The notes: generated from the letters alone by a model not told the origin. 64,000 bases of DNA from Candidatus Micrarchaeota archaeon (GCA_964588555.1 CAZPPT010000002.1:101979-165978); one strand, 5' to 3'. Shown: positions 27,473 to 38,900, counted from the stretch's first letter. Program-made: numbers and translations.

Positions 27473-29437
27473 TTATAAATACGTCCTCAGTTCCGCAGCC
27501 TCATCCCGTAACCGGATTGCCTCTTCAAATTGCAAGCTCTCTGCGGCAATCTGCATCTGCGTTTCAAGCTCAACAATCTTCTTATGCAGTTCCTCTTTAG
27601 AAAGGGTTGTTTTTCCCTTCTTGGTAATCTTACGAATCGGGCTTGCCTCAATTTCAGGGTCAAGCGCAACCTGGGATATATTTTTGCGAATTGTCCGTGG
27701 GGTAATGCCGTGCTTTTTGTTATATTCAATCTGCTTTTCACGCCTTATTTTTGTAGTTTCAACTGCCCCTTTGATCGAGCGCGTAATCGTATCTGCATAG
27801 AGGATGACCCGCCCGCGCTCATTGCGTGCCGCCCTTCCTATAGTCTGGATAAGTGAACGTTCATTCCGTAAAAATCCTTCCTTGTCCGCATCAAGTATTG
27901 CAACAAGGCTTACCTCTGGCAGATCCAATCCTTCACGCAAGAGATTGACACCAACAAGGCAGTCAAACACCCCTAAGCGCAATTGCTGGATGAGTTTATT
28001 ACGCTCAATCGTATCGATCTCAGAATGAAGGTACTTAGCCTTTACATCCTTCTCATTTAAGTAGCGTGCAATCTCCTCAGCCATCTTCTTGGTGAGTGTG
28101 GTAACAAGAACGCGTCCTTTTTGTGCAACCTCTTTACGAATTTCTTCGATTGCATTATTTACCTGGTTTGTAAGTGGCCGGATCTCGACACTTGGGTCTA
28201 GGAGGCCGGTTGGCCTGATGATTTGTTCAACAACTTGCCCCGAAATTTTCAATTCATACTCAGCAGGAGTTGCAGATACGAAGATGACATGATTGAAATA
28301 CTTTTGAACTTCTTCAAATTTAAGAGGCCGGTTGTCAAGCGCACTTGGGAGCCTAAACCCATAGTCTACCAGGGTCTGCTTTCGGGAGCGATCGCCCTTG
28401 TACATGCCGTGGAGTTGGGGGACAGTAACGTGTGATTCGTCGATAACAAGAAGAAAGTCCTTTGGAAAGTAATCAAGCAGGCAAAAGGGAGGTTGCCCTT
28501 CGCTTCGGTTTTCAAAATGCCGCGAATAGTTCTCAATGCCATTACAGTAGCCAAGTTCCTGGATCATCTCCAAATCATAGAGCGTGCGCTGCTTTAGGCG
28601 GTGTGATTCAAGTAATTGAAGTTGTGGCAAGCGTTCTTCAAGCTCTGCCTTAATGGAAGTTACTGCATTGGCAAGTTCATCATCACTGACCATATAGTGC
28701 TTTGCAGGGAAAATAAGGAGCTGGTCGCTCCTAAATTTTTCAGTATAGTTGATCGGGTCTAGGGTGCGGATGGACTCAATTTCATCACCAAAATACTCAA
28801 TGCGGATGATGTCCTCATCATAGCCAAGGATAAGGTCGATAACGTCGCCCTTTACCCGAAAACGGCCTGGCACAAGCGCTGCGTCATTTCGTTCGTATTG
28901 TAGGTCGACAAGGCGGGAAATGAGTTCGCTGCGGACAATTGATTTACCTTTTTTAACAAGGATGCTGAATTTTTCAAAATTCGCAGGCGAACCTAAGCCA
29001 TAGATGCATGAGACGCTCGCAACAATAATAACGTCCCGACGAGACAAAAGTGACGCGGTCGCGCGCAAGCGAAGCTGCTCTATTTTCTCATTAACCTTTG
29101 AATCCTTCTCGATATACGTATCGGACGCAGGCAGGTAGCTTTCAGGTTGGTAATAGTCATAATAGGAAACGAAATATTCAACCCGATTATTTGGAAATAA
29201 CTCCTTAAACTCCAGAAAAAGTTGTGCTGCAAGCGTCTTATTGTGCGCAAGCACGAGTGTTGGCATTTTAAGCTGCCTAATGACGTGTGAGACGGTAAAG
29301 GTTTTACCTGAGCCGGTAATGCCAAGAAGCGTCTGAAGGCTATGCTTTTGCGCCCCTTCCACGAGCTTCTTTATTGCATCAGGCTGCGAGCCCATCGGCA
29401 TCTTGTCAGTAACAATCTCAAAATCCATGTGCATCAA
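27473..29437 (-). CDS. uvrB: excinuclease ABC subunit B
   Basis: Helicase motif I LLGITGSGKTFT, DESH box (VIDESHVT), and the C-terminal UvrB/UvrC-interaction helix. Confidence 0.9.
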   Translation of the reverse strand: MMHMDFEIVTDKMPMGSQPDAIKKLVEGAQKHSLQTLLGITGSGKTFTVSHVIRQLKMPTLVLAHNKTLAAQLFLEFKELFPNNRVEYFVSYYDYYQPESYLPASDTYIEKDSKVNEKIEQLRLRATASLLSRRDVIIVASVSCIYGLGSPANFEKFSILVKKGKSIVRSELISRLVDLQYERNDAALVPGRFRVKGDVIDLILGYDEDIIRIEYFGDEIESIRTLDPINYTEKFRSDQLLIFPAKHYMVSDDELANAVTSIKAELEERLPQLQLLESHRLKQRTLYDLEMIQELGYCNGIENYSRHFENRSEGQPPFCLLDYFPKDFLLVIDESHVTVPQLHGMYKGDRSRKQTLVDYGFRLPSALDNRPLKFEEVQKYFNHVIFVSATPAEYELKISGQVVEQIIRPTGLLDPSVEIRPLTNQVNNAIEEIRKEVAQKGRVLVTTLTKKMAEEIARYLNEKDVKAKYLHSEIDTIERNKLIQQLRLGVFDCLVGVNLLREGLDLPEVSLVAILDADKEGFLRNERSLIQTIGRAARNERGRVILYADTITRSIKGAVETTKIRREKQIEYNKKHGITPRTIRKNISQVALDPEIEASPIRKITKKGKTTLSKEELHKKIVELETQMQIAAESLQFEEAIRLRDEAAELRTYL

Positions 29438-31029
29438 CTAAGTGGCATACGCCTTATTTCTTTCTGGCGCAATAGCCTATTATATGAAATTGCAAATCGG
29501 TGCGCCTCGTTTCTGACCTGCTCAAGAAGAAGAAGCCCGCGGGATTTTTGGTCAAGAAGGATCGGTGCTGAATCAGGCCGTACATATATGGACTCAAACT
29601 CCTTTGCAAGGCCGATACACGGGACATTCACGTTCAATTCCTCAAGACTCTGGAGCGCAAAACGTAGCTGCGGCGAACCACCATCAATGACTATTAAATC
29701 GGGGAGCGCTTTTTTCTCGTCAAGTAAGCGCCTATAGCGTCGATACACGACCTCACGAATCGATGCAAAATCATCCTGATAAGATACAGTCCTAATTTTG
29801 AAGCGTCGATACTGGGATTTATTTGCTTTTCCATTCCTGAACTGGACCATCGACCCGACGATAAACTGATCTCCAGTATTCGAAATATCAAAACACTCGA
29901 TGACGTGCGGAATGGTTGGAAGCGATAAGGCGTCTTGAAGTTCCTGCAATGCAGGGTATTCTGAGACAAGCTGCATCTGTGCATTCTTATATGCAATGGC
30001 AAGGAGCTCCTTTTTTGTTCCTTTTTGTGGGACTGTAATGGAGATAGTTGAATTTCCCTGATTTTCCTTCTTAAGTGTCGAAAGTGTCTCAAGCACAAGG
30101 GACTGGTTAGGTAGCTCGGATGCAAGAAGTAGTTCCTGCGGGATCGGGTTTGAGGCATAATAGCGGATAATAAAATCCTCAAAGAACTGCTCGCCTACTT
30201 CTTGTTTTGAATAGAGGAACGGCTGGAGTTGGGTGATGACCCCCTTCTGGATCTTGAGGACGACAAGTGCGATTTGAGTTCTCGAGCTATCGATTACAAT
30301 AACATGTTGGTCGTACGGAATTGAAGTTTCGACAACCTGTTTTTCCAAAAGCCCTTCAAGCGCCTGGTAGTTGTCGCGATATTCACGCGCCTTTTCATAA
30401 TTTTTATTTTTTGATGCGTTGTTCATCCCTTCTTTATACTGGGCGATTAGCTCGTTTACGTTCCCGTTAAGGACCCGGACCGCGTCGCGGACATTTTTAC
30501 CATACTCATCACTCGAAATGCGCGCAATGCACGGGGCAGAACACATCCCAATGTCAAAATAAAGGCAGGGCCGCTTTGGCATAGTGGTGCAGCTTCGTAT
30601 CTTATAGACGCGTTTAATGACTTCCATAAGCCTGTTTCGGTATTGGGCTGAAGTAAACGGCCCAAAACGCTTTCCCTTGTCTTTTTTGTTTCGTGAGACA
30701 AAAATACGCGGGAATTGACCATCAGAAAGCATGATCCACGATAAACGTTCGGCATCCTTAAGCTGGATATTAAATGGCGGCCGGTGATTTCTAATAAGAC
30801 GAGCTTCCAAAATCCATGCCTCGCGCTCGTTGCGAACAGCAATTGTTTCAAGATGTGCAATATTCGCCACAAGTTCAGCCGTTTTTCCCGTTTGTGTACC
30901 GTTAAAATAGGATGAAACGCGTTTCTTTAGGTCCTTTGCCTTGCCGATGTATAATATTTCGCCCTCGCTATTCTTATAGATATAGCAGCCCGGCTCGTGC
31001 GGAATAGTATAGAGAGAAAAGTCAATCAC
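29434..31029 (-). CDS. uvrC: excinuclease ABC subunit C
   Basis: GIY-YIG N-terminus (PGCYIYKNSEGEILYIGKAKDLKKR), Cys-rich UvrBC domain, and C-terminal HhH. It overlaps uvrB by 4 nt. Confidence 0.85.
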   Translation of the reverse strand: MIDFSLYTIPHEPGCYIYKNSEGEILYIGKAKDLKKRVSSYFNGTQTGKTAELVANIAHLETIAVRNEREAWILEARLIRNHRPPFNIQLKDAERLSWIMLSDGQFPRIFVSRNKKDKGKRFGPFTSAQYRNRLMEVIKRVYKIRSCTTMPKRPCLYFDIGMCSAPCIARISSDEYGKNVRDAVRVLNGNVNELIAQYKEGMNNASKNKNYEKAREYRDNYQALEGLLEKQVVETSIPYDQHVIVIDSSRTQIALVVLKIQKGVITQLQPFLYSKQEVGEQFFEDFIIRYYASNPIPQELLLASELPNQSLVLETLSTLKKENQGNSTISITVPQKGTKKELLAIAYKNAQMQLVSEYPALQELQDALSLPTIPHVIECFDISNTGDQFIVGSMVQFRNGKANKSQYRRFKIRTVSYQDDFASIREVVYRRYRRLLDEKKALPDLIVIDGGSPQLRFALQSLEELNVNVPCIGLAKEFESIYVRPDSAPILLDQKSRGLLLLEQVRNEAHRFAISYNRLLRQKEIRRMPLS

Positions 31030-31074
31030 ACTGTATGTATGAAAAGGAAAAAATAAATGGGTTTGCCAGAGCGC

Positions 31075-31872
31075 CTACCTGGGAAACCCAAGCGCCGCTT
31101 TCTTCATTTTATATGCAAACTCCATAAGGAGTCTGAGGTTCTCGATATCTGCACTATTGTAGCGGATAAGCGTTTCAAGCGCTCCGCTGTCGCCTTTCTT
31201 ATACTTACGCCAGAGACGAACTGCATCAAATCCAGTAAGGTGTGCTATATCGCCATCACGCTCAAACCCGAATTCTTTCTCAATCTTCTTAAGCCCGCCC
31301 TTGTACCCGAGTGATCGAAGAACAAACCGTAAATCAATATGAAGTAAGGGGATTTGGATTTCAGGAACTTGTGCGCGCAAAAATGGGATATCAAACATCG
31401 TCCCGTTAAATGTTATGACTGCTTTATATGGCGCGAGCGCATGCGGGAGTTCGTCGATATTTTTTCCTTGTACGAACGTTTTGGTCGTTTTTCCATCATA
31501 TAAGCCAACAACAGTTACCTCGCTATGGTGCGGCACAAGACCGGTTGTCTCAATATCTAAAAATACAGTTTTCTCTGCAAAGTGGGGCCATGAGCGCCAT
31601 GTCTCTTTTGATGGAATAACTGATGAAAAATAGGTGCTGTTTAATTCATGGAGCGCCACTTTTGATGAGAAAATTTCGGGGATAAATCGGCTAAATTTCG
31701 CATGGTTCTGACATGTGTCAAGAAACTGATCCCATGTTCTGATCCCTTCTTCCCATAATTTTAATTCAGTTTTTTGTCCTACTGACGGAAGATGAATGAA
31801 TGTGTTTTCGAGCATGTGACTGTTTATCAGACAAATGATAAAAAGCTTTATGCGCTCTGAAGCGATTTCCAT
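31075..31872 (-). CDS. RNase H-like (DEDD-type) 3'-5' exonuclease domain protein, YprB/COG3359-like
   Basis: FLDIETTGL (Exo I) and HSEVTVVGLYDG, as seen in exonuclease family members. Confidence 0.5.
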   Translation of the reverse strand: MEIASERIKLFIICLINSHMLENTFIHLPSVGQKTELKLWEEGIRTWDQFLDTCQNHAKFSRFIPEIFSSKVALHELNSTYFSSVIPSKETWRSWPHFAEKTVFLDIETTGLVPHHSEVTVVGLYDGKTTKTFVQGKNIDELPHALAPYKAVITFNGTMFDIPFLRAQVPEIQIPLLHIDLRFVLRSLGYKGGLKKIEKEFGFERDGDIAHLTGFDAVRLWRKYKKGDSGALETLIRYNSADIENLRLLMEFAYKMKKAALGFPR

Positions 31873-33083
31873 TCAACTAATCCAAAAAAGAAAAGAGGCC
31901 GTCGAACGCGATCAACGATTCCTGGATGAGTCAAGATTATTTTTTTTCGTGCCTTAAAATTCTTAAACTGTGAAATACCTTTTTTGGTACCCCCGATTTC
32001 AATAATCGTATCGGCAAAAAGATAATCTGGTGTCTTGCCTCCACGTGTAGATTTTAAATAAAAATACTCCTGACCTGAAAAGCGGAGTGTTTCAACAAAA
32101 AAATCCTCACGAAGTGCGCCAATACAGTCGTCTTTACTTTTGTAAAGTAATCTAAATGGAAGGGAAAGAAGTATTTTAGGTTCCTTAAGTACATTTGTTC
32201 CGGTAGGGAATACCTGTGTAAGCACAAACGACTGTTCAAGCAGTTTTACATATTTTTCTGCCTTATATTTTGTAATACCCAAATTGCGGCTTAGTGATGT
32301 ATAATTTAGATCTTCTGCAGGTGATTTACCAATAAATGAAACGATATTTCTGATGTCGCGGATTTCTTCTGGTACAATAAGACCTGCTTTTGGCAGATCA
32401 TTTGCAATGATACGTTCAAGCATAGTACTAAATAAGGACATATAATCACTTTTTCCAAGAGTGAATGGATAACTCCTTCCGACTAGGTACGATTCGAATA
32501 GTGTCTCGTACGTAAGCACTTTTCCATAATATTCCCGTGATTTTTTCTCCTCAAACAGGTGAGCAAAAGAAAATTCTGGAATAATTTCGCCTTTTTCGAA
32601 TGTAATAAATTCTCTAAAGGTAAATGGCGGACACAATACAATTCGTACGCGTCGCGAAAGGTCAACTGCCGCCTGTGATAGTGAAAGTGCAACTGAGCCA
32701 CTAAAGATAACCATAATTGCAAGTACATCAAATATTTTTTTTAGATCTTCCTGAAAACGAGGATAAAACTGTATTTCATCTAAAATAAGATATCGGACCC
32801 CGCGACTTTCTAATTCCCTTGCAAGTTCGTAGAGTGACGGAACGGAACTGTTGTCAAGTGAAACGTAGAACGCGTTTTCCGTTTCAGCCAAGAGCTGCTT
32901 TAAAAGAATTGTTTTTCCGACACCTCGCGGTCCAACAAGACCGATAAAAATACGCTCGTTAAGGTGAGAACGAAGATACGAATAGATTGATCGCTTTTTT
33001 GTATAGCGCTTTCCTTCTTCGCGCGCCTTTTCGTTGAGTTCGATTAATTCCTGCTGCATAGAAATATAATAAATAGAAAACAT
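31848..33083 (-). CDS. AAA-superfamily ATPase of the archaeal ATPase/DUF4143 type
   Basis: Walker A LVGPRGVGKTILLKQ and Walker B YLILDEIQ. Confidence 0.6.
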   Translation of the reverse strand: MFSIYYISMQQELIELNEKAREEGKRYTKKRSIYSYLRSHLNERIFIGLVGPRGVGKTILLKQLLAETENAFYVSLDNSSVPSLYELARELESRGVRYLILDEIQFYPRFQEDLKKIFDVLAIMVIFSGSVALSLSQAAVDLSRRVRIVLCPPFTFREFITFEKGEIIPEFSFAHLFEEKKSREYYGKVLTYETLFESYLVGRSYPFTLGKSDYMSLFSTMLERIIANDLPKAGLIVPEEIRDIRNIVSFIGKSPAEDLNYTSLSRNLGITKYKAEKYVKLLEQSFVLTQVFPTGTNVLKEPKILLSLPFRLLYKSKDDCIGALREDFFVETLRFSGQEYFYLKSTRGGKTPDYLFADTIIEIGGTKKGISQFKNFKARKKIILTHPGIVDRVRRPLFFFGLVEWKSLQSA

Positions 33084-33089
33084 TAAAAT

Positions 33090-33150
33090 ACTATCATTTT
33101 AGTAAATTCATTGACCAGAATGATAGTCATTTTAGTCAATTGATTTGACA
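33090..33150. promoter_or_regulatory. repeat-rich putative operator upstream of the DUF4143 ATPase gene
   Basis: Perfect palindrome GTCAATTGATTTGAC. A direct repeat TCATTTTAGT occurs twice. TGAC/GTCA half-sites are spaced around them. Confidence 0.3.
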
Positions 33151-33345
33151 AAATGTAATTAGCTAAAAGGCTCGTCGAACTTCGCAATAATTCTTTTTCT
33201 CAATTTGTATGTATTTGCAAATTCCGCATATGCAAGCCAGCCCCCAAGACTTTGTAAGATTTATAAAAGCATCTTTTGCCATTATTATAAACTAATTCGG
33301 CCCAGTACCCGAAGCTTACTGCCCAATGCAGATAGCTCACGGCTG

Positions 33346-33732
33346 TTACACCATCCCAATCTTCGCACGCGATTTCATAGTAATTGTGCGAAGGTCAGCC
33401 TGTTTAGAGCGTAAACGCAATACCTTGTCATTCGTGCAAACAATAGCACGGTGCTCTTTAGCATAATTCAAAATCCACTTGTCTACGTGCCCCTCTGATT
33501 CTACATACGTAATCCATTTTTCATGTGCGTCAAGTATCTTAAGCGCAAGCCGCGCCCCAAGTGCATGCCTGCCCTTGTGATTTGCAATTTTTTCAAGCTC
33601 TGTCCGCACACCGGTTGGGACGATAACATCATATGCCCCTTCTACGAGTTGATGAAGCTCTGAAAAAATATCAATATGGAACTGATATGGGATAAGGAGG
33701 AAATTCGTATCGAGGATTACCTTTTTTTTCAT
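33346..33732 (-). CDS. PIN-domain nuclease (Fcf1/VapC-like)
   Basis: MKKKVILDTNFLLIPYQF N-terminal PIN motif, and IVCTNDKVL near the C-terminus. Confidence 0.5.
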   Translation of the reverse strand: MKKKVILDTNFLLIPYQFHIDIFSELHQLVEGAYDVIVPTGVRTELEKIANHKGRHALGARLALKILDAHEKWITYVESEGHVDKWILNYAKEHRAIVCTNDKVLRLRSKQADLRTITMKSRAKIGMV

Positions 33733-33810
33733 GGTAATACTTCAAGACGAAAAAATATAAATAGGCCGATTCAGCCAAGGGGCGTTTTCTTGTGACGGAC
33801 TTACGTGCAG

Positions 33811-34203
33811 TTACTGTACCTGAAGCGCTTCCTTTGCCTTTTCATAATCCCCTGGTGCCGGCTTTACCGCAACTTCGGTAAATTCATTTGAACGCGTCAC
33901 GATATAGACGCTTTGAAGGTTGACATTGCGTGCCGCAAGCTTTCGGGTTATTTTGCCAAGCTCGCCGGGACGGTTATGGAGCCTAAGGACGATGATGTCC
34001 GACTCGGTGACACGTATTGAAGGGAGCCTGGAAAGTGTCTTCTTTGCGGTGGCGCTGTCGTTTGTGACAAGGCGGAAAATTGCCGAATCCTCGTGTTCCT
34101 GCGTTGAGATTGCCTCGATATTGACGCCTATCTTGCCCAATGCCTCTGCGATGTCGGCAAGCGTGCCTACTTGGTTCTTTGATATGATTGTCAGCTCTTT
34201 CAT
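33811..34203 (-). CDS. ACT-domain pair protein
   Basis: Two beta-alpha-beta-beta-alpha-beta units (IISKNQVGTLADIAEALG and LRLHNRPGELGKITRKLA). Confidence 0.5.
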   Translation of the reverse strand: MKELTIISKNQVGTLADIAEALGKIGVNIEAISTQEHEDSAIFRLVTNDSATAKKTLSRLPSIRVTESDIIVLRLHNRPGELGKITRKLAARNVNLQSVYIVTRSNEFTEVAVKPAPGDYEKAKEALQVQ

Positions 34204-34275
34204 AAGACCACCAAACCCAATAATATAAGGAATTACTTATTAAAAACAGTTTGTCTCATATTAAAGTGAATTACT

Positions 34276-34578
34276 ATGGTAAACCACGAACAGGTAATGG
34301 AAGCGCTTTCCACGGTTGAAGACCCAGAAATAGGAATAAACATAGTTGACCTCGGACTCGTGTACGACGTATTCATCAATGAACTTCACAAGAAGGTAGT
34401 CGTACGGATGACACTTACTACTCCTGCGTGCCCGCTCTTGGGACAAATTGTTGCAGAGATAGAGGACAAGGTAAAGGCACTTGGTGCAAAGGAAGTGACC
34501 GTAGACCTCGTGTGGGACCCGCCGTGGAACCCTGAAAAGATGAGCGAGCGCGCGAAGATGATGCTTGGGATTGTATGA
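34276..34578 (+). CDS. MIP18/DUF59-family Fe-S cluster assembly protein
   Basis: VEDPEIGINIVDLGLVYDV, TLTTPACPL and VWDPPWNPEKMS, the hallmark DUF59 pattern. Confidence 0.7.
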   Translation: MVNHEQVMEALSTVEDPEIGINIVDLGLVYDVFINELHKKVVVRMTLTTPACPLLGQIVAEIEDKVKALGAKEVTVDLVWDPPWNPEKMSERAKMMLGIV

Positions 34579-34626
34579 AAAAAGCGAGCAATTGCAAAAC
34601 GGCATGGCATTAAGTGATCGGTCACT

Positions 34627-35934
34627 ATGAAACTCACATTTTTTGGCGGTGCGGGAGAAGTGGGACGGAGTTCTTTTCTTCTAGAAGACAAAGAGAAAAA
34701 CCTCCTTCTTGACTGCGGCATAAAGCTTGGTGAAAAAACCGAATACCCGCTTATCGGGGACAGCGAGCTAAAACGCATAGACAACATTTTTATTTCACAC
34801 GCACACCTTGACCATTCGGGCTACTTGCCGCACGTATTTGCACGCGACAGAAAAGCGAATATATTTTTAACAAAACCAACGCGCGACCTGCTTGGTGTTC
34901 TCTTAAGCGACTACCATCGCCTGCAAAAGGAAAAGGATGAACCAAACAAGTTCAGCCAAAAGGACGTGAACTCAATAATGGAAACTGCTTCAATTGTTGA
35001 ATTTGGCACCCCTGCTGCGATACCGTTTGAAAGCACGCTTCATAATGCCGGCCATGTGCTTGGAAGCGCAATGCTTCGGATCAATGAAAAAAACGGCATC
35101 CTTTATACGGGGGACATATGCGTTCGTAATACGCGCATTCTTGATGGGTGCGAACGAAATATCGCGGCAGAAACGCTTATTATTGAGAGCACGTACGGAA
35201 ACAAGGAAGATACGATTCCAAGCTACAAAGAAGCTGGTGCGAAACTTGTTGCAAGCATAAACAAGACGCTTGACGCAGGCGGGCATGTGATTATCCCAAG
35301 TTTTGCAATTGGACGGGCGCAGGAACTCCTCCTCATGCTAGATGATTATATGCGAAGTGGCGCACTCCGAAAAGCAAGTATATTTGTTGAAGGCATGATA
35401 ACAAAGGCACTCCGTATTTATCGCCATAACGCATATTATGCAAATGAGGACATCAAAAAAAGAATCCTCATGAGCGAGGACGACCCGTTCAAAAGCAAGT
35501 TCTTTCATGTATCTCGAAGCAAGGAACGGCTTGACGTACTCCGCGAGCCATCGATAATCGTTACAACATCGGGTATGCTTACTGGCGGGCCGGTTCACTT
35601 TTATTTAGACAAGCTTGGGAACGACCCAAAAAACAAGCTCATATTTGTAGGATACCAGGCAGAAGGGACGCCGGGGCGAAAAATCATTGAGGGCGAACGC
35701 GAAATCATGCTTGGCCCCAAGGGAAAGGAACATGCGCTTAAGATCGGCCTCCAGGTTGAATCGGTCAGGATGTCCGGGCATGCTGATTACAATGAGCTTC
35801 TCCAATTTATAAAAAGCGTACGGAACCTAAAGCGCGTCATTCTTGTCCATGGCGAAAAGCAGGACCTCCGAACGGCATTGGAAAGAAAATACGAAGTCAT
35901 AGCCCCAAAACTTGGGGAGACGATCTCGTTTTAG
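34627..35934 (+). CDS. beta-CASP metallo-beta-lactamase-fold ribonuclease (aCPSF/RNase J-like, short form)
   Basis: MBL motif II HAHLDHSG, downstream beta-CASP Asp/His motifs, about 435 aa. Confidence 0.65.
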   Translation: MKLTFFGGAGEVGRSSFLLEDKEKNLLLDCGIKLGEKTEYPLIGDSELKRIDNIFISHAHLDHSGYLPHVFARDRKANIFLTKPTRDLLGVLLSDYHRLQKEKDEPNKFSQKDVNSIMETASIVEFGTPAAIPFESTLHNAGHVLGSAMLRINEKNGILYTGDICVRNTRILDGCERNIAAETLIIESTYGNKEDTIPSYKEAGAKLVASINKTLDAGGHVIIPSFAIGRAQELLLMLDDYMRSGALRKASIFVEGMITKALRIYRHNAYYANEDIKKRILMSEDDPFKSKFFHVSRSKERLDVLREPSIIVTTSGMLTGGPVHFYLDKLGNDPKNKLIFVGYQAEGTPGRKIIEGEREIMLGPKGKEHALKIGLQVESVRMSGHADYNELLQFIKSVRNLKRVILVHGEKQDLRTALERKYEVIAPKLGETISF

Positions 35935-38900
35935 ATAAAGTCCTGGCATATCTGGTCCGAAACAGTTACCTGAACACTGCAATCTGCTTGTGGGTCTGAA
36001 TCGATATTTGCACTAACCGTCCCTTGTCCCGAAGTTGTGCTGGCATCGATGACAATAAATTCATCCCCGCTTGACACAAAAGATCCCACGCTCGGATCAA
36101 CAGTAAAGACAGGATTATTGCACACTTCATTTAGCTCATTAGGACACCTTAAACCAAGGCGTATAGAGCCGCCTGTTCGGACCTCAGCTACAGATGGAAT
36201 AAATGTACAATCATCTGAATCCTGGCCTGGCGGTGGCGGGGGTGGCCGGCCATTGCCAAGCGTAATTTGTGCATTGCAGATAAGCCCCTGGCTCGTAGTT
36301 GCCGTAAGCGTGCCGCTTCCGGTGGATGCCTGTGCAACAACGGATGTAGAAGTATCAGTTGAACTTGCAATGACTGCGGGAATGCCCTGGCTTAATTTCC
36401 ATTGGGTCATGCCAAAGCAAGGTTGTGGGACGCCACCGGTTCCAAAGCACTCAAGGGCAAAGGAAGCAGTCTGGCCTTGGCCAATGGTGGCTGTCGCAGG
36501 GTTGATCGCACATGAAGGTGCAGCAGGCGGTGCCTGAACGGTGATCGCCGAAGTGCACGAAAATGAATTTGCACGTGCCGTAAGCGTGCCGCTTGAGCCA
36601 GGTGCCGAAGTTGGTTGCAGTTGTGCACCAAGTGAGTTACGCTGGAAAAAGTTCGCGGTGATCCCTGAGACGGACCAAGTAAGCTGTGCCGGACATGGAA
36701 CAACGAGGTTGGCAGCATCGCGGCAGGTAAGGCCAAAGAACTGAACTGAGTTCTGAGGCACTGCAGCCTGGCTTGGGTTGATTACGCATGAAGTTGCCTG
36801 CGCAGGAAGCGGCTGAAGCGTGATTTGTGCGCTACACGTAAGGCCTTGACGGCTTGTGATTGCGTCAAGCGTGCCAGTGCCTGCCGGACCTTGTGCAAGC
36901 ACTGTTGCAGAGGTGGCGCTCTGTATTGTAATACTTGCCGGAAGACCGGTACTTAACCTCCATTGGGTATTTGGAGGGCATTGTTGGGGCGCACCTGCCG
37001 GATCAAAACATTGTAAGCTAAATACCTGACTTTGGGTTTCAGAAATAATGGCAGGGGAAGGGTTAACCGTACAAAACGGGATCCCCCGTGCGCCTACTGC
37101 AACAGATGCAGTACAAGAAAAACCATTTCCGCTTGCTACCACGTCCCCAACCGAACCGGGAGGTGAACTGATCTGCACCTGCGCACCCGTATCGCTTCGT
37201 TGTAAAAATGAACCGCTCAATCCGGCTGAGAGGGCCCAATTAACCTGTGAACAAGGGACCGTTGCACCGCTTTGGGAAGTGCAGCTTACTCCAAAAGTTT
37301 GTATGCCATTCTGTGTAACTGTTGCACTTGAGGGAGAAAGTGTGCATGCGACGGCCTGTTGCGAAACCATAGTTACAGCTGCACTACATTGGATGTTTCC
37401 CTCGCCCACGCGTGCATTGACGCTTCCCGTACCTGAAGGGGACGTAAGCTGGACACGTGCATGAGTATTGTCTCGGCTGACGAAATTGCCCATAACCCCG
37501 TTTATAGACCATGTTACGCCCAGACAGGGAATGCTTGCATTTGTGGCATCCGAACATTGGATGTCAAAACGGGTCGGCGGGTCAGTAACCCGCGCATTTA
37601 CTGCTGAAGGGATGAGCTGGCACGAAGTAACCGTTGGCTGGCCTGGGCCGGGGATAAAAAGGCCTGCACTACATGCTGCATTATCTACAGTAGCCGACAG
37701 TGTGCCGCTTCCGCTTGTTGAGGTAACGGTCACAAATGCAAGGTTTGCCTGGTCATTGGGTGTTACACTACCCCGAAGGCCAGTAAGTTGCCACTGTTCA
37801 TTATTGCATTGTGTGGGCGTGCCCACCTGATCCCGGCATCGAATGTCGAACTGTTGTGCCTGGTTTGGCTGCACATTTTGCGGGTTTGGCGTTATGGAAC
37901 AAAATGCCGCCGGCTGGACTGGTGCAGGACGCGCAGTGATGGTTGAGTGGCACGAGTAACGGCCATCAACGGTTGCATTTAGTATTGTCGTCCCTGACGA
38001 GGCAAGCATCTGAAGGGTTGCCTGCTGGTTGTCCTGTGAGGCAATTGTGCTTTGTGCCCCTGTTGCGCTCCACTGGACATTCTGGCAACTTGGAAGCGGG
38101 TTGTTGTTCCCGTCAACACAAGTTATGGGGAAGCTTCTGATTTCGTTCTGACGCATGGCAGTGCTTGCAGGGGTGATAAAACAGCTTTCCTGCTGCGGAG
38201 TTACATCGCCGCGAACATTATATGTAACGATAAAGTTCCGGACGTCTGGCTGAAATGACGAGCACGTGGGACCTTGTGCCCTATATGAGAACGTAATATC
38301 TGCAAGACTTGTTTGCCCACTTGGAACGCCGCCGGTTGCCGGATTGGTGAGGATAACGCATAAATCTTCGAAACCAAATCGTATGATATTCTGGTTAAAC
38401 CCGTTAAGAAAAGGACAAGGCGTAACCTGGAGCGGGGCATTTACGCTGACGCCGGTTGCCTGTACCGTAACGTCACCGGTATTTCGCACATTGATGACAA
38501 TGCGCTGGGACTGTCCAGGTGCAAGCTGGATCGTTGATCCTGCTTGAGGGGTTACTGAGTTTACTGAAAGGGCTGGCTGTATGTCCTGCACATGGATAGT
38601 GGTTTGAAGCGTCGGCAATGCAAGGGAATATTCAGGGGCATTTGCATCGCCAGTTGCCGCAGTCCTGCCGTATATACGCTCGTGATTATAATTAGCACAC
38701 TGGGGGTAACGAATAATGCCAAGACAACCCTCTACATCGAATTGTGAGTCGATCGTATAGGTGCCTTCCTGGGTAAGTAAGATACCGCCATGGGAGAACA
38801 CAGTCCCACTTGTTGTTTGCCGCTGCCGGTTTGCAACAGTGGTCGTTCCACGGCGAACGGTAATGCTGTCTTCACCAGTACAGATAAAATTAACGTCCCC

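Noticed and set aside
36037-38547. several 60-170-aa plus-strand ORFs (36037..36537, 37048..37464, 37468..37830 and others)
   Set aside because: All lie antisense within the 1183-aa surface-protein gene. They are Ala/Pro/Gly-rich shadows of its T/S/Q codons.
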